A stretch of DNA of 64,000 nucleotides from contig JBODTK010000016.1 of NCBI GenBank assembly GCA_050613775.1, positions 1,364,001 to 1,428,000 of the forward strand, given 5' to 3'. Of this stretch, positions 37,370 through 52,900 are shown piece by piece. How positions within the stretch are numbered: the stretch's first letter is position 1; each line of letters begins with the position of its first letter. The position numbers were made by a program, and so were the translations under genes. The notes under the pieces were generated by a model. That model ran no database searches. It saw only the letters and a list, made by a program, of their open reading frames with translations, and was not told the origin of the DNA. Origin of the DNA: Neocallimastix sp. 'constans'. Its lineage: Eukaryota.

Positions 37370-40013
37370 TAGTATATAAATTTTATATTTTTAAATTTTA
37401 AAATTTTATTTTTTAAAAAAAGAATGATAATAAAATATACGTATATTTTAATTAATATTAATTAATTTTTACATATTTATTAATATTGATATAAACATAT
37501 TAAGTTTCTAATATTCTCATATATTTAAAATTTTAAAAAATCTTACTTTAATTTTATTTATATTTGATAAAATAAAATTATAAATAAAAATACTCTTTTA
37601 ATTATAAATAATATTTTTATTTCTTTTTTTTCTTTATCTTTCTATGATTAATATATATCAAATTTTATACTATATTAGTTTTTTTAATTAATGAATACAT
37701 TAAAAAAATAAATTTTGGTAACCTAACCTAATCATTACTTAATAGGAAAAATTATTCTTTATTAATGATGATCAACATTTTATTTATAAAAAACAGCATA
37801 TTTTAATGTTTATTATAGAGAATGGTATTTAGTTTTACTAAATCAAATTTTTTAAATAAAATTTAATAAGTATATAATATCTTAATATTATAAAATTTTT
37901 TACATTTTTAATGAATTCTTTCTATTGGTATTTGCTCTTTTGTTTCTTTACGTCATATCGAACCATCAACAAAAAAAAAATAAAATTGAAGTAAAATATT
38001 TAAATAAGTATATAAAAAGAAAAGAAACTTTTTATAATAAAATAAATTTTTAAAATATAATAAATTCATTTAATTAAATTTTAAAAGCTTAAAATATAAT
38101 TTTTTATAAGATAACAAATATTATAAATAAAATATAAACAAAGAAGAGCAACCTTTGTTAAAAGTACTATGAAATTTATTTATATTTATATATTTCAATT
38201 TCCTATTAATTTTTAAATTATTGTAATAAATAAATGAATGATAAATGTCTAATATATATAAAATACAAATAATAATAGATATATTATAAAAAAAAAATTA
38301 TTTTTTATTATGGTACTAAAATCTTAGAAATGAAGATATTAATAAAATTATGATTGGGTAATTTTATCTTCTAGTGGATAATTTACAATTGATTTCAATT
38401 ACAAAAATAAAATATATAAAGTTTTAAAAATTATTATTATTATTATTATTATTCTTTTTTTAATTCATTATTTTAATTAAATCAAAGCAAAAAAGAATGA
38501 AAAAGAATTTAAAATAGAAACTAATTAAATAAATTTTATTACATTTACATTTATTTTGTTTTATTTTATTTTATTTTTAATATGTAAATTTAAATCTATT
38601 ATCTATTTTTACAAGAAAAACAATAGTTCATAATTATATAATATATATAATTATTGCTTTGCTTGAAATAATTTAGTGATAAATAATTATTTACTATATA
38701 TTTTCCATTTAATAATAATATAATAATTATTACTAGATCACTATTGTTAAATTAACTTCCTCTTGAAATAATAGAGAAAAATGATAGTTATGATGGTGAT
38801 ACTTATTTATAAAAATAAAAATACTAATAATAATGAAAGTAAAAATGAAAATAAAAATAAAAAAAATAAAAAATAAGAAAAAAATAAAATTAAAAATTAA
38901 AAAAAAATTGCTCTAATATTAACTATAAAATAATAATATGATATAAAGAATTTTAATGAGTAGTTTTTTTAATTTATGCTCTCTTAAAGATATAATTTAC
39001 TAATTTTTTTTTTTATGGTTAAAATTAAATAGTATTTAATAAAAGCTTATTAGAAATAAAAAAATGTTTAAATATATATTTATATGAAATGTAAACTATT
39101 TTATGTCGGATTTATTACATTTATATATATACATTTATATATATATATAAATAATAAAATATAAGTAAAGTCAATTATTACCAAAATAAAAGAAAAATTA
39201 TTATTTGTTTTGTTGTAAATATATATATACATTGATAAAATAACAATTAGAAAAAAAATTTTTTTCTTATAAATTGGTAACTTTATAATAAATATGTAAT
39301 ATTATTAAAATTATATAACTTATAAATATATTGCAATAATTTATTATTTTTTTTCTAACTAAATTATGAAATCATAAACTAATTATTAAAATAATAAATA
39401 AATAAACTCTAAATTACTAATTTTATAGCTTATGTTAATAATACAAATAATATCAGTTTAAAATATTTGTTTAAAATACCATATGTTATTATAATAATTT
39501 TGTAAATAAAAAAGAAATTAAATTATATATATAATGACGAATAAATTTTTATTTAATAAATATATACTATATATAGAAATTAAAGAAATTTTATCACATG
39601 ACTATTTTTCTTAAACAGTATACAGTATGGCTTTGCCACTCTAACTTTTCACTCTTATCTCTATCTACTTTTGTTATAGTTTTATCATAATAATGAAATA
39701 AAATCAGACATTAATAATGAATAGAATTTTTTTTTTTTTTTTTTTTTTTTTTTGGATCACTCATTAAGAAAGTAAGATTTTTAATTTATGAAATTACCAA
39801 AAAAAAATAGAGGACGACATAATTTAAAAAATAATTATATCTTAATATTTTATATAATTTTATATTGTATATTAAATAGATTATATTTAGGTTTTTTTTT
39901 TTCTAATGATCATTAAAACAAAAATTTTTTTTCAAATATCATTTATTGTTTATTCTTATATCAATATAATCTACTATACTTGGCTTAGTAAATAAAGATA
40001 CTATTAATTTTGG

Positions 40014-40072
<59 letters not shown>

Positions 40073-42062
40073 AACTTACAAAAAAAAATTTTCCTCTAAT
40101 CATGATTCTTAAGTATCTTATAATTTTAGTACTAATTATATTTCATCAACATGATAAAATAATAATTTTAATTTTAATAAAAAATAGTAATATTTATAAG
40201 TAATGAAGAAAGGAATATTATTATCATAAATGGCAAATAAATATGAACAAAGTATTACTAATAATTAAAAGTTTTTTTAATAAACTCCAAAAAAAAAAAA
40301 AAAAAAAAAAAATGAAATAAAGAAAAAATTAATATTTCTAGAAATTTTATTAAAAGACCTATTGATCATTAATAAATTTATTATATAATTCAAAATAGTG
40401 AAAGGATTAATGGAATTATCATAACAGCAAAATAATTATATTAAAAAAATCAAAAACAATTATTTATATTACCTTAAACTTATTCTATATATATGAAGCA
40501 GCCAGATATAGAATTGAAAAATACATATAAATTATGAGGAAAACCTTATTTTTAAAAAAAAAAAATTATTTTTAAGTAATAGTAAAAAAATTAATAAATT
40601 AAATATTATAAATAAAATTTTTAAGACGTTATGTTATAATATTTTTTTTTAATAAAAATTTATCAGCCGATTTATAAGCGAAACAATAGAAAAACAATTG
40701 AAAAAATAAAAATTAACTATTATTTTATTTTTTTTTATTCAATAAATAATTTCTCTTTTGAATAAATATAATAGAGAGACAATGTATGAAATTATTAATT
40801 ATATTTATTTATATTGATTCTGTTTAAATAATTACATAATTTATACTGTAAATTTACTTTTTAAATAAAAATAAAAATAAAAATGGTTTTCATCTTATTT
40901 AATATTATTATTCGTTATTTATATATAAATAATTTGAAATTATTTATGCATAGTTAATAATTTTTAATGATAATAATTTGTTTATTTTCATTTATTGTTT
41001 TTGTGAAACCTGACATAATAATTTTTATACTACGTCCTATTAGATAACTTTAATTAATATTAATTATAATAAATAAAAAATGTTTCTATAAAAAAAAATA
41101 TATTAATTTTAGTGTGGAAAAACTTTTAAAAGTTTTAATTTTTAATAATCAAAATTTTTTAGATTTAAAACTTTTTTACATTTAAATATTAAATACTATA
41201 AAAAAAATAATAAGGATTTAATATAAAATTTATAATAGTTAAATATAAAAAAAAATAATAATAATAATAATATAATATAAAATTTATAATAGTTGAATAT
41301 TTAAAAAAAAATAATAATTTAATGTAAAATTTATAATATATATATATATAAAAATAAATGCAAATATAAATATCAATTACTTTCATAATTAACAAATTAA
41401 ATAATAGAATGTATATTTGTTATATGATTATTTGATTGTTATAATGATTTGGTTAATAATTAAATATAGGTTAATATGAACGTTAATAATGGTAATTAAT
41501 GCAATTAATGCTACTTCAGGGGATTGTGCATTTCGCAATTGTGCATTTCACAATTGCGAAACACACTAGATTCAATCTTCATATAATAACCTAACCCTTA
41601 ATATATTTCAATTATAAAATAAGATTTATTTCATATTTTTAGACATAATCAACTAATCAACTATCGTCAATATTAATATTGTTAACTTTATTATTATAAT
41701 TTATTTTAAAGTTTAGTGATACTACTGCTAGTATAATCTATTAAATAAATAAGATTAAAAAAAAGAAATTTTTTTCATATCTTTAGTAAAATCTTTATTT
41801 AATAATATAAATAAATATATCTAACCCTTTATTTTATAATTACTCATAAAAATTTAATATATTCCAATAAATTTTAATATATAATTTATTAACTAAAAGG
41901 CTATGCTCAACTTTAAAATGTATTATTAACTATAAATTTTTTAATTATTGCTATTTAATTAAAATATATTTTTTTATCTTTAAATTAATAAAAAAAATAG
42001 TCAAATATATAAAGTTTTTAAAGTATTTCCTTTTTCTTTATTTGAATTTTTTTTTTTTGAAT

Positions 42063-42159
42063 TTTTTGACTATTTTATTTTATTTAGAGCAATAATAGAT
42101 AATAATCATTTAATTTGACTATTTTATTTTTATTTAGAGCAATAATAGATAATAATCAT
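42063..42159. repeat. About 45-bp tandem duplication
   Basis: tttgactattttatttt(t)atttagagcaataatagataataatcat at 42065-42109 and 42114-42159. Confidence 0.9.
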
Positions 42160-42597
42160 AATAACATTAATATTCTGATATTTTAAAATATTTGCCTTAA
42201 AAATATATAATCAACGGCACTCTATACCAAAAATAGTTTATAATAAATTAATAATATAATTAGAATGATCAATTAATATTTCAGTAAATTAACAAAAACA
42301 AACATTAGGAATAAATGATTAATATTTAGTTAATTAAAAATATAAAATATATAGTTATAATATTTTACAAATAATACTTTGAGTAAATAATTTAAAAACT
42401 ATACGAGTTGCAATGTTTAAATAATTTATAGTTTATTTTTCCTTATATAAACTTCATACGAATACAATATAGTTCAAAAATGGGAATATTTTAAATAATA
42501 GAAATATTGTATTATTTAATATGACTAAATATGAAGAACATAGTAAAAATTTTTAGTATTTTAAGAGTTAAAAATTTGATAAGAAGGGAAAAGAAAA

Positions 42598-42828
42598 AAT
42601 AATAAATAAATAATAAATAAATAAATAAATAATAAATATATAAATAATAAATAATAAATAATAAATAATAAATAATAATAAATAAATAATAAATAAATAA
42701 TAAAGAAATAATAAATAATAAATAATAAATAATAAATAATAAATAATAAATAATAAATAATAAATAATAAATAATAAATAATAAATAATAAATAATAAAT
42801 AATAAATAATAAATAATAAATAATAAAT
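42598..42828. repeat. (AAATAAT)n heptanucleotide satellite
   Basis: Directly visible period-7 repeat with a few variant units. Confidence 0.9.
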
Positions 42829-43318
42829 AGTTAAAAATTTAAATAAATAATTCCATATTAATATATCTTATAATGTATTATAATATATTACATAAACGGT
42901 ATAATCCATGATTGTTAACTTTGTAAATTTTTAATTTTCCGCAATATAAAATTTTTTTTAATACTTATGTTTTTTTTCTTTAAAAAAAGCCACTTTTTAT
43001 AAAATATAAAAATTTTAATCATATATACGTGAAGAAGTAAAATTACTAATAAAGACTACATTAAAATAAATATATTAATATTAAGATATCTATGATGGTA
43101 AATAAAAACTTAATAAAGAAATATTACTGTTGATATTCATTTATTAGTTATTTATTTAATAAAACATGATAAAGAGAAATAATTTTTTTATTATCTATAT
43201 ATTATTTATTCAATATTCATTTAAAACTTTTAATGATTAATTATTGTATTGAAAAGTAATAATAATAATACTAATAATAATAACAATTATAAAAATAATT
43301 AATACTTACAAAAATTGC

Positions 43319-43352
<34 letters not shown>

Positions 43353-43942
43353 TTAATAATAGTAAGTAATAATAATAATTAATGTTTATGACAACAAAAT
43401 TTGCAATAATTATGAATTATATATACTCTACTCTCTTAGTTCAATTTTTTTTTTCTTATGTTAATGCTCAGTTTTTTTCTTTTTTTATTTTTTTTTATTT
43501 TTTCTTTTCAATATATTGATAATATATCCATAAAATATAAATTATATATTTATAATACTACGCTTAAATAAATATAATTGAGTAAACCTACAGAATAATT
43601 GATAATTTATAACGTTATTCTACATAAACTAAAGTAAATCCTAATCTATTCCAATATATAGCATAGATTATAATTAATATAACAGACTATTAAGTTTTCT
43701 TATGATATAACAAATTCATAATTTTTCTTTTTTCCTTTTTAATTTATTATATATATATGAAATACAAAAAGAGTAAATAAATTCTAAATATATTATATAT
43801 ATACTTTAGTAAATAGAGATTATATATAAATTTAGATATATCACATGATGTATATCTTTGAATTAAATTTTAGGCTGGAAAAACTTTTTATTTACAAAAT
43901 TAAAAAACAAAAACAAAAACAAAAAAATAAAGACAAGCTTTT

Positions 43943-43990
<48 letters not shown>

Positions 43991-46313
43991 TACTGTAATT
44001 ACTATTAATTACGGTGCTATTTCTTTATATTTTTAAATTAATATAAAAGTGAAATAAAGTTTATACAATGATATAATAAATAATTATAGATCGATATATA
44101 TTAGGAAAATAATTAATATAACTAAAGTTAAGTTTCATTTTTTCATATAAAAAAATAACTTATTTTCATAAAAATAATTAATATTCTATTAATTTAGATT
44201 GATGTTTAAAAATTATAATTAAATATTTATATAAATATTGTATATAAATATTGTATATAATTGAATGTAAATTTTTTGATGCAAATATTATTCGAACTAT
44301 AAAATTATTATATTTTAAAAATTAAAATATAAAATCAATATTTTTGTTTATGCAAGTAATAAATATATTTTATTCTTTTTTTTTTTTTTTTTGTTAAAAT
44401 ATAATATTATAGTATTTTTATTTTAAATTTACTTAAATTTAACTATTATGAGTTAATTAACCTTCAATGGTTGTTGCCATTTTAAAAAAAATTTTAGAAA
44501 AAACTATAATTGAAGAATAAAAAAAAATTAAACAACGAAATAACATAAAATAAGAATATAAATCTTTTTATTTTTGTAATACAAATAAAAGAAAGTATTA
44601 ATTAACATAGTTAACATAACAATGAATATAATAATTTTATACAGGTGTTAACTTTTTACATATTTTATTAAAAAAAAGTTATTAATGAACATAGTTAACA
44701 ATAACAATAAATATAATCATGAAATGAAAAATGAAATAAATAATTAAATTATTTTAAAAATAAATAATATAATAATATATTATGTAAATAAATTTAAAAT
44801 TTAAAAAATTTTTATATTTATTAAGTATTTATCATTGGTAGTATTTTATATTATTATATGCTAATATAATATGTGGTATAATACATTTATTTTATCATAT
44901 AAAATTTTATTAATTAAATAAAACTTTAGTTGATATAAATTATATTATTATTTAAAATGATTTTAATTTTTTTTTTTAAGTTATTTTTTATTGATTTATA
45001 TCATTTGAGGCAACTTCTTGTTATATAAATTGTTTAATTTAGTTTTTTATTATTATACATTATTTTATTAGAGTGATAATTATAATATTATTTGTTTAGT
45101 TTGATATTATTTAGCTTATAAGTTTTATGATTGCTCATTATATATAATATGATGTATTGGATAAATTAATGAATTATTTAATAATAAATATATAAAAATT
45201 AGATGAAAAATAAATATTGGAAATATTAATAAATTTGATAAAAAATTTAATAATAAATATCATTAATGAATATTGATAAATAAACAAATAGACTTATAGT
45301 AAATAATAAATGAAATTTGATAATCTTTAGTAGCGTAGTACTACTAAAAAAATTATACTAAAAAGATTAAGAATTCATTATAAAATATCATTTTTTTATT
45401 ATAATTATTAGATAGATCTTTTATATTATATACATAAGTTATTTTGATATTAATAATAATAATAATAATAATAATTTTTATTTTTTATTATAATTAATAC
45501 CAAAATAAGCTAAGTACTATTATTTGCCTTTAAGTTATTAAAATGTTTATGTAAACTAAAAATTATTTAATAATTTTTATCTTAAATAATTAATTATGTA
45601 ATTATATTTAATATTAGTTTAATTTTATATTATTGTTTGAATATTTTGTGGCATTTAATTAATTATATTTATTTATATATTAAAGTTTTTTATTAATTTA
45701 ATTTATATATATTTTAAATATCAATATTTAAACTAAAAAATTTAAATAGAAAAATATTTTATATTTATGTCAATTACTGTAACATATAATTAAATAATAT
45801 ATTACTTTTTATTATTTATATTTAATTCATTAGTATTAAATTAATTGAAAAATTTTATTTTAATATGATCAATACATAAAAAATTTTATTGCAAATATAT
45901 TATTTTATATATTAAAATATAAACATTAAAGATTAAGATAAAGTAGAATAATTTGTTTAAAAAAAATGTTTACTTTTTTTTTATGGATGGAAAAAAGCAA
46001 AACTTTTTTAATATATTATTAAAGTACTGATTTAAATATATTAAATATATATATATTTTTAGAATATAAATATAATATGATGAACAATTAAAAAATTAAT
46101 TGTATAATGATAATATATAAATAATTATAAAATTAGAATTTAATGTCAAATATTTTCATTTTATTCTATTATAATTAATAAAATAATAGAATATATTAAT
46201 AATACATCTATATTTATATTATTAATTAAAAATAATTATTTATTTTTGAAAAATCTAAATATATGGAAAATATTTATATATTAAGATTAATATAAATATT
46301 TTATATTAAAGTA

Positions 46314-46359
<46 letters not shown>

Positions 46360-46917
46360 GATATAAAAGAACAAATTTTACTTCATTATTTAAAATTCAT
46401 AAAGCATTTGAATTTAAATATTTTAAATTTATAATTTAAGCAAAGGACCTTTTTATAGAGAAAAGGAAGGAAAAATTTATACATATATATTTTATTGTGT
46501 ATTATTCTAATTTAAACATTTTACATATCGTTTTATTTGTAAATTATTAAATTTTTGTTTTTGACAAAAAATTTTATTCAATTAATAATAATATTAATAT
46601 TATTTATCGAAATTACCAAAAAAATAAAAAAAAAATAAAAAAAAATAAAAAAAAAATAAAAAAAAAATAAAAAAAAAAAAAAATAAAAAATAGAAAAAAT
46701 ATTAATAATAAAGATAATATTGAAATATAAATTTGTAAATTAGTTTTTTTTATATAAAGTTTTACTATCTATAAAATAATAAACCATAAATTTTTATAAA
46801 TATAGAAGTAGATATATTTATATTTTATATTATAATATTATAAACAATAAGTATTTATTTTTTATCAAATAATTATTAGATTTAATTTTATTTTGTATAT
46901 AAGTAATCGAATAAAAA

Positions 46918-49900
46918 ATGTCTAATCCAGAAGATCACGTTATTGTTGATGAAGTTGTTGAATATGTTGATAATGCTGATGAAGAATTAACCAAGGCTAG
47001 AATTGAACATGCAATTTCTAATGGTGCTAAGGTTTATGTTGATGGCAATGTAACAACTATTGTTAGTGAGGTTTATGAAGAAATTCCAGTTGACGATGAT
47101 GAAGAACATGAAGTTGTAACTGAAGTTATTACCGAAGTCATTCCAGAAGAAGTTGTTACAGAGGCTGGTCCAACTACGAAGACTATTACCAAAGTTACTA
47201 AGACCATTTCTTCAAATGGTAAAGAAAAGGCTGAAGAAAATGTAACTGAAACTATTGTTCCAAATAATGGACTTCCACCTAAGAGAGATTACTATGACAA
47301 TGTCTTTACTGAAGGTGGTCCAGAAACTGTTCATACTGAAGTTAAGACTGAAACTATTCCAGTTGTTGAAACTGTAGAAAATATTGTTACTGAAGATGTA
47401 CCAGTTGTTAATAGTAATACTCCAGAAGTAAAAACTTATTATGATAATGTTGTCACTGAAGGTGGTCCAGAAATTGTCAATACTGAGGTTCCAGTTACTA
47501 AAATTGTAGAAACAGTTGTTACTGATGCTACTAATCCAAACGAAATTGTTACTGAAGCTGCTCCAGTTGAAACTATTGTTACTGAAACTAAGACTGAAAC
47601 TATTCCAGTTGTTGAAACTGTAGAAAATATTGTAACTGAAGATGTACCAGTTGTTGAAACTGTAGAAAATATTGTTACTGAAGATGTACCAGTTGTTAAT
47701 AGTAATACTCCAGAAGTAAAAACTTATTATGATAATGTTGTCACTGAAGGTGGTCCAGAAACTGTAATTACTGAAGTTAGGACTGAAACAGTTCCAATTA
47801 CTAAGACTGTAGAAACTATTATTACTAATCCTTCTAATCCAAATGAAGTTGTTACTGAAGCTGCTCCAGTTGAAATTGTTGAAACTACCATTACTGAAGT
47901 TGTTAAACCAGAAGAAGTTGTAAGCGAAGATACTCTGGTTAAGCCAAAGAAGTCATTCTTTAGTAAAGTTAAGAAGACTGTTGGTGATTCTGTTGAAAAG
48001 GCAGGTGATGCTCTTGAAAAGGCTGGTGATAAGATTGCCAAGAAACTTACTCCTGAAGAAAAGGCTAAAGAAGAAAAACCAATTGAAACTGTTGAAACTG
48101 TTGTTACTGAAGTTAAAGATACCACTGAACCAGTTGTAGAACCAGTTGTTGAAACTGTTGTTACTGAAGTTAAGGATGATAATGAACTAGCTAAACCAAA
48201 GAAGTCATTCTTTAGTAAGATTAAGAAGACTGTTGGTGATTCAGTTGAAAAGGCCGGTGATGCTCTTGAAAAGGCTAGTGGTAAGATTGCTAAGAAACTT
48301 ACTCCAGAAGAAAAGGTTGAAGAAGAAAAACCAATTGAAACTGTTGAAACTGTTGTCACTGAAGTTAAGGATGATGCTGAACCAGTTGTAGAACCAGTTG
48401 TAGAACCAGTTGTTGAAACTGTCGAAACTGTTGTTACCGAAGTTAAGGATGATGCTGAACCAGTTGTAGAACCAGTTGTTGAAACTGTTGAAACTGTTGT
48501 TACTGAAGATGCTGATCCAGCTAAACCAAAGAAGTCATTCTTTAGTAAAGTTAAGAAGACTGTTGGTGATTCAGTTGAAAAGGCAGGTGATAAGATTGCT
48601 AAGAAACTCACTCCAGAAGAAAAGGCTAAAGAAGAAAAACCAGTTGAAACTGTTGAAGCTGTTGTTACTGAAGTTAAGGATACCACTGAACCAGCTGTAG
48701 TACCAGTTATTGAAACTACTGAAATTATTACTGAAGATGCTCCAGTTGAACCTATTAAGCCAAAGAAGTCTATTTTAAGTAAGGTTAAGAAGGCTGTAGG
48801 TGATTCAGTTGAAAAGGCAGGTGATGCTCTTGAAAAGGCAGGTGATAAGATTGCCAAGAAACTCACTCCAGAAGAAAAGGCTAAAGAAGAAAAACCAATT
48901 GAAACTGTTGAAACAGTGGTTACTGAAGTTAAGGATACCACTGAACCAGTTGAACCATCTGTAGAACCAATTGTTGAAACTGTTGAAACTGTTGTTACTG
49001 AAGTTAAGGATGATAATGAACCAGCTAAACCGAAGAAGTCATTCTTTAGTAAGATTAAGAAGGCTGTAGGTGATTCAGTTGAAAAGGCCGGTGATGCTCT
49101 TGAAAAGGCTAGTGATAAGATTGCTAAGAAACTTACTCCAGAAGAAAAGGTTGAAGAAGAAAAACCAGTTGAAACTGTTGAAACTGTTGTCACTGAAGTT
49201 AAGGATGATGCTGAACCAGTTGCAGAGCCAGTTGTTGAAACCGTCGAAACTGTTGTTACCGAAGTTAAGGATGATACTGAACCAGTTGTAGAACCAGTTG
49301 TTGAAACTATTGAAACTGTTGAAACTGAAGATGCTGATCCAGCTAAACCAAAGAAATCTTTCTTCAGTAAGGTTAAGAAGACTGTTGGTGATTCAGTTGA
49401 AAAGGCAGGTGATGCTCTTGAAAAGGCTGGTGATAAGATTGCCAAAAAACTTACTCCTGAAGAAAAGGCTAAAGAAGAAAAACCAATTGAAACTGTTGAA
49501 ACTGTTGTCACTGAAGTTAAGGATACCACTGAACCAGTTGTAGAACCAGCAGTAATACCAGTTATTGAAACTACTGAAGTTATTACTGAAGATGCTCCAG
49601 TTGAACCTATTAAGCCAAAGAAATCTATCTTAAGTAAGGTTAAGAAGGCTGTAGGTGATTCAGTTGAAAAGGCCGGTGATGCTCTTGAAAAGGCTGGTGA
49701 TAAGATTGCCAAAAAACTTACTCCAGAAGAAAAGGCTAAAGAAGAAAAACCAATTGAAACTGTTGAAACTGTTGTCACTGAAGTTAAGGATGATAATGAA
49801 CCAGTTGTAGAACCAGTTGTTGAAACTGTCGAAACTGTTGTTACCGAAGTTAAGGATGATGCTGTACCAGTTGTAGAACCAGTTGTTGAAACTGTTGAAA

Positions 49901-52900
49901 CTGTTGTTACTGAAGATGCTGATCCAGCTAAACCAAAGAAGTCATTCTTTAGTAAAGTTAAGAAGACTGTTGGTGATTCTGTTGAAAAGGCAGGTGATGC
50001 TCTTGAAAAGGCAGGTGATAAGATTGCCAAGAAACTCCCTCCAGAAGAAAAGGCCAAAGAAGAAAAACCAGTTGAAACTGTTAAAACTGTTGTCACTGAA
50101 GTTAAGGATACCACTGAACCAGCAGTAATACCAGCTATTGAAACTACTGAAGCTATTACTGAAGATGCTCCAGTTGAACCTATTAAGCCAAAGAAGTCTA
50201 TCTTAAGTAAGGTTAAGAAGGCTGTAGGTGATTCAGTTGAAAAGGCAGGTGATGCTCTTGAAAAGGCAGGTGATAAGATTGCCAAGAAACTCACTCCAGA
50301 AGAAAAGGCCAAAGAAGAAAAACCAGTTGAAACTGTTAAAACTGTTGTCACTGAAGTTAAGGATACCACTGAACCAGTTGTTGAACCAGCAGTAATACCA
50401 GTTATTGAAACTACTGAAGCTATTACTGAAGATGCTCCAGTTGAACCTATTAAGCCAAAGAAATCTATCTTAAGTAAGGTTAAGAAGACTGTAGGTGATT
50501 CAGTTGAAAAGGCCGGTGATGCTCTTGAAAAGGCAGGTGATAAGATTGCCAAAAAACTTACTCCAGAAGAAAAGGTTAAAGAAGAAAAACCAATTGAAAC
50601 TGTTGAAACTGTTGTCACTGAAGTTAAGGATGATGCTGAACCAGTTGTAGAACCAGTTGTAGAACCAGTTGTTGAAACTGTCGAAACTGTTGTTACTGAA
50701 GTTAAGGATGATGCTGTACCAGTTGTAGAACCAGTTGTTGAAACTGTTGAAACTGTTATTACTGAAGATGCTGATCCAGCTAAACCAAAGAAGTCATTCT
50801 TCAGTAAGGTTAAGAAGACTATTGGTGATTCAGTTGAAAAGGCTAATAATGCTCTTGAAAATGCTGGTGATAAGATTATTGAGAAACTTACTCCAGAAGA
50901 GAAGGTTGAAGAAGAAAAACCAATTGAAGCTGTTGAAACTGTTGTCACTGAAGTTAAGGATACCAATGAACCAGTTGTAGAACCAGTTGTTGAAACTGTT
51001 GAAACTGTTGTCACTGAAGTTAAGGATACCAATGAACCAGTTGTAGAACCAGTTGTTGAAACTGTTGAAACTGTTGTTACTGAAGATGCTGAAGATGCTG
51101 ATCCAGCTAAACCAAAGAAGTCATTCTTCAGTAAGGTTAAGAAGACTGTGGGTGATTCAGTTGAAAAAGCTAATAATGCTCTTGAAAATGCTGGTGATAA
51201 GATTATTGAGAAGCTTACTCCAGAAGAAAAGGTTAAAGAGGAAAAACCAATTGAAACCGTTGTCACTGAAGTTAAGAATACCACTGAACCAGTTGTAGAA
51301 CCAGTTGTAGAACCAGTTGTTGAAACTGTTGAAACTGTTGAAACTGTTGTAACTGAAGATGCTGAAGATGCCGATCTAGCTAAACCAAAGAAGTCATTCT
51401 TCGGTAAGGTTAAGAAGACTATTGGTGATTCAGTTGAAAAGGCTAATAATGCTCTTGAAAATGCTGGTGATAAGATTATTGAAAAGTTTACTCCAGAAGA
51501 AAAGGTTAAAGAAGAAAAACCAATTGAAACTGTTGAAACTATTGTCACCGAAGTTAAGGATACCAATGAACCAGTTGTAGAACCAGTTGTTGAAACTGTT
51601 GAAACTGTTGAAACTGTTGTTACTGATGATTCTGATCCAGCTAAACCAAAGAAGTCATTCTTCAGTAAGGTTAAGAAGACTATTGGTGATTCAGTTGAAA
51701 AAGCTAATAATGCTCTTGAAAATGCTGGTGATAAGATTATTGAGAAACTTACTCCAGAAGAAAAGGTTAAAGAGGAAAAACAAATTGAAGCTGTTGAAAC
51801 TGTTGTCACTGAAGTTAAGGATGATAATGAACCAGTTGTAGAACCAGTTGTTGAAACTGTCGAGACTGTTGTTACTGAAGTTAAGGATGATGCTGAACCA
51901 GTTGTAGAACCAGTTGTAGAACCAGTTGTTGAAACTGTTGAAACTGTTGTTACTGAAGATGCTGAAGATGCCGATCCAGCTAAACCAAAGAAGTCATTCT
52001 TCAGTAAGGTTAAGAAGACTATTGGTGATTCAGTTGAAAAAGCTAATAATGCTCTTGAAAATGCTGGTGATAAGATTATTGAGAAACTTACTCCAGAAGA
52101 GAAGGTTGAAGAAGAAAAACCAATTGAAACTGTTGAAACTGTTGTCACTGAAGTTAAAGATACCAATGAACCAGTTGTAGAACCAGTTGTTGAAACTGTT
52201 GAAACTGTTGAAACTGTTGTAACTGAAGATGCTGAAGATGCCGATCTAGCTAAACCAAAGAAGTCATTCTTCAGTAAGGTTAAGAAGACTGTAGGTGATT
52301 CAGTTGAAAAAGCTAATAATGCTCTTGAAAATGCTGGTGATAAGATTATTGAGAAACTTACTCCAGAAGAGAAGGTTGAAGAAGAAAAACCAATTGAAAC
52401 TGTTGAAACTGTTGTCACTGAAGTTAAAGATACCAATGAACCAGTTGTAGAACCAGTTGTTGAAACTGTTGAAACTGTTGTTACTGATGATGCTGATCCA
52501 GCTAAACCAAAGAAGTCATTCTTCAGTAAGGTTAAGAAGACTATTGGTGATTCAGTTGAAAAAGCTAATAATGCTCTTGAAAATGCTGGTGATAAGATTA
52601 TTGAGAAACTTACTCCAGAAGAGAAGGTTGAAGAAGAAAAACCAATTGAAACTGTTGAAACTGTTGTCACTGAAGTTAAGGATGATAATGAACCAGTTGT
52701 AGAACCAGTTGTTGAAACTGTCGAGACTGTTGTTACTGAAGTTAAGGATGATGCTGAACCAGTTGTAGAACCAGTTGTAGAACCAGTTGTTGAAACTGTT
52801 GAAACTGTTGAAACTGTTGTTACTGAAGATGCTGAAGATGCCGATCTAGCTAAACCAAAGAAGTCATTCTTCAGTAAGGTTAAGAAGACTATTGGTGATT

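Noticed and set aside
40200..40560. Possible decayed transposase fragment
   Set aside because: Frequent stops and no identifiable catalytic motif.
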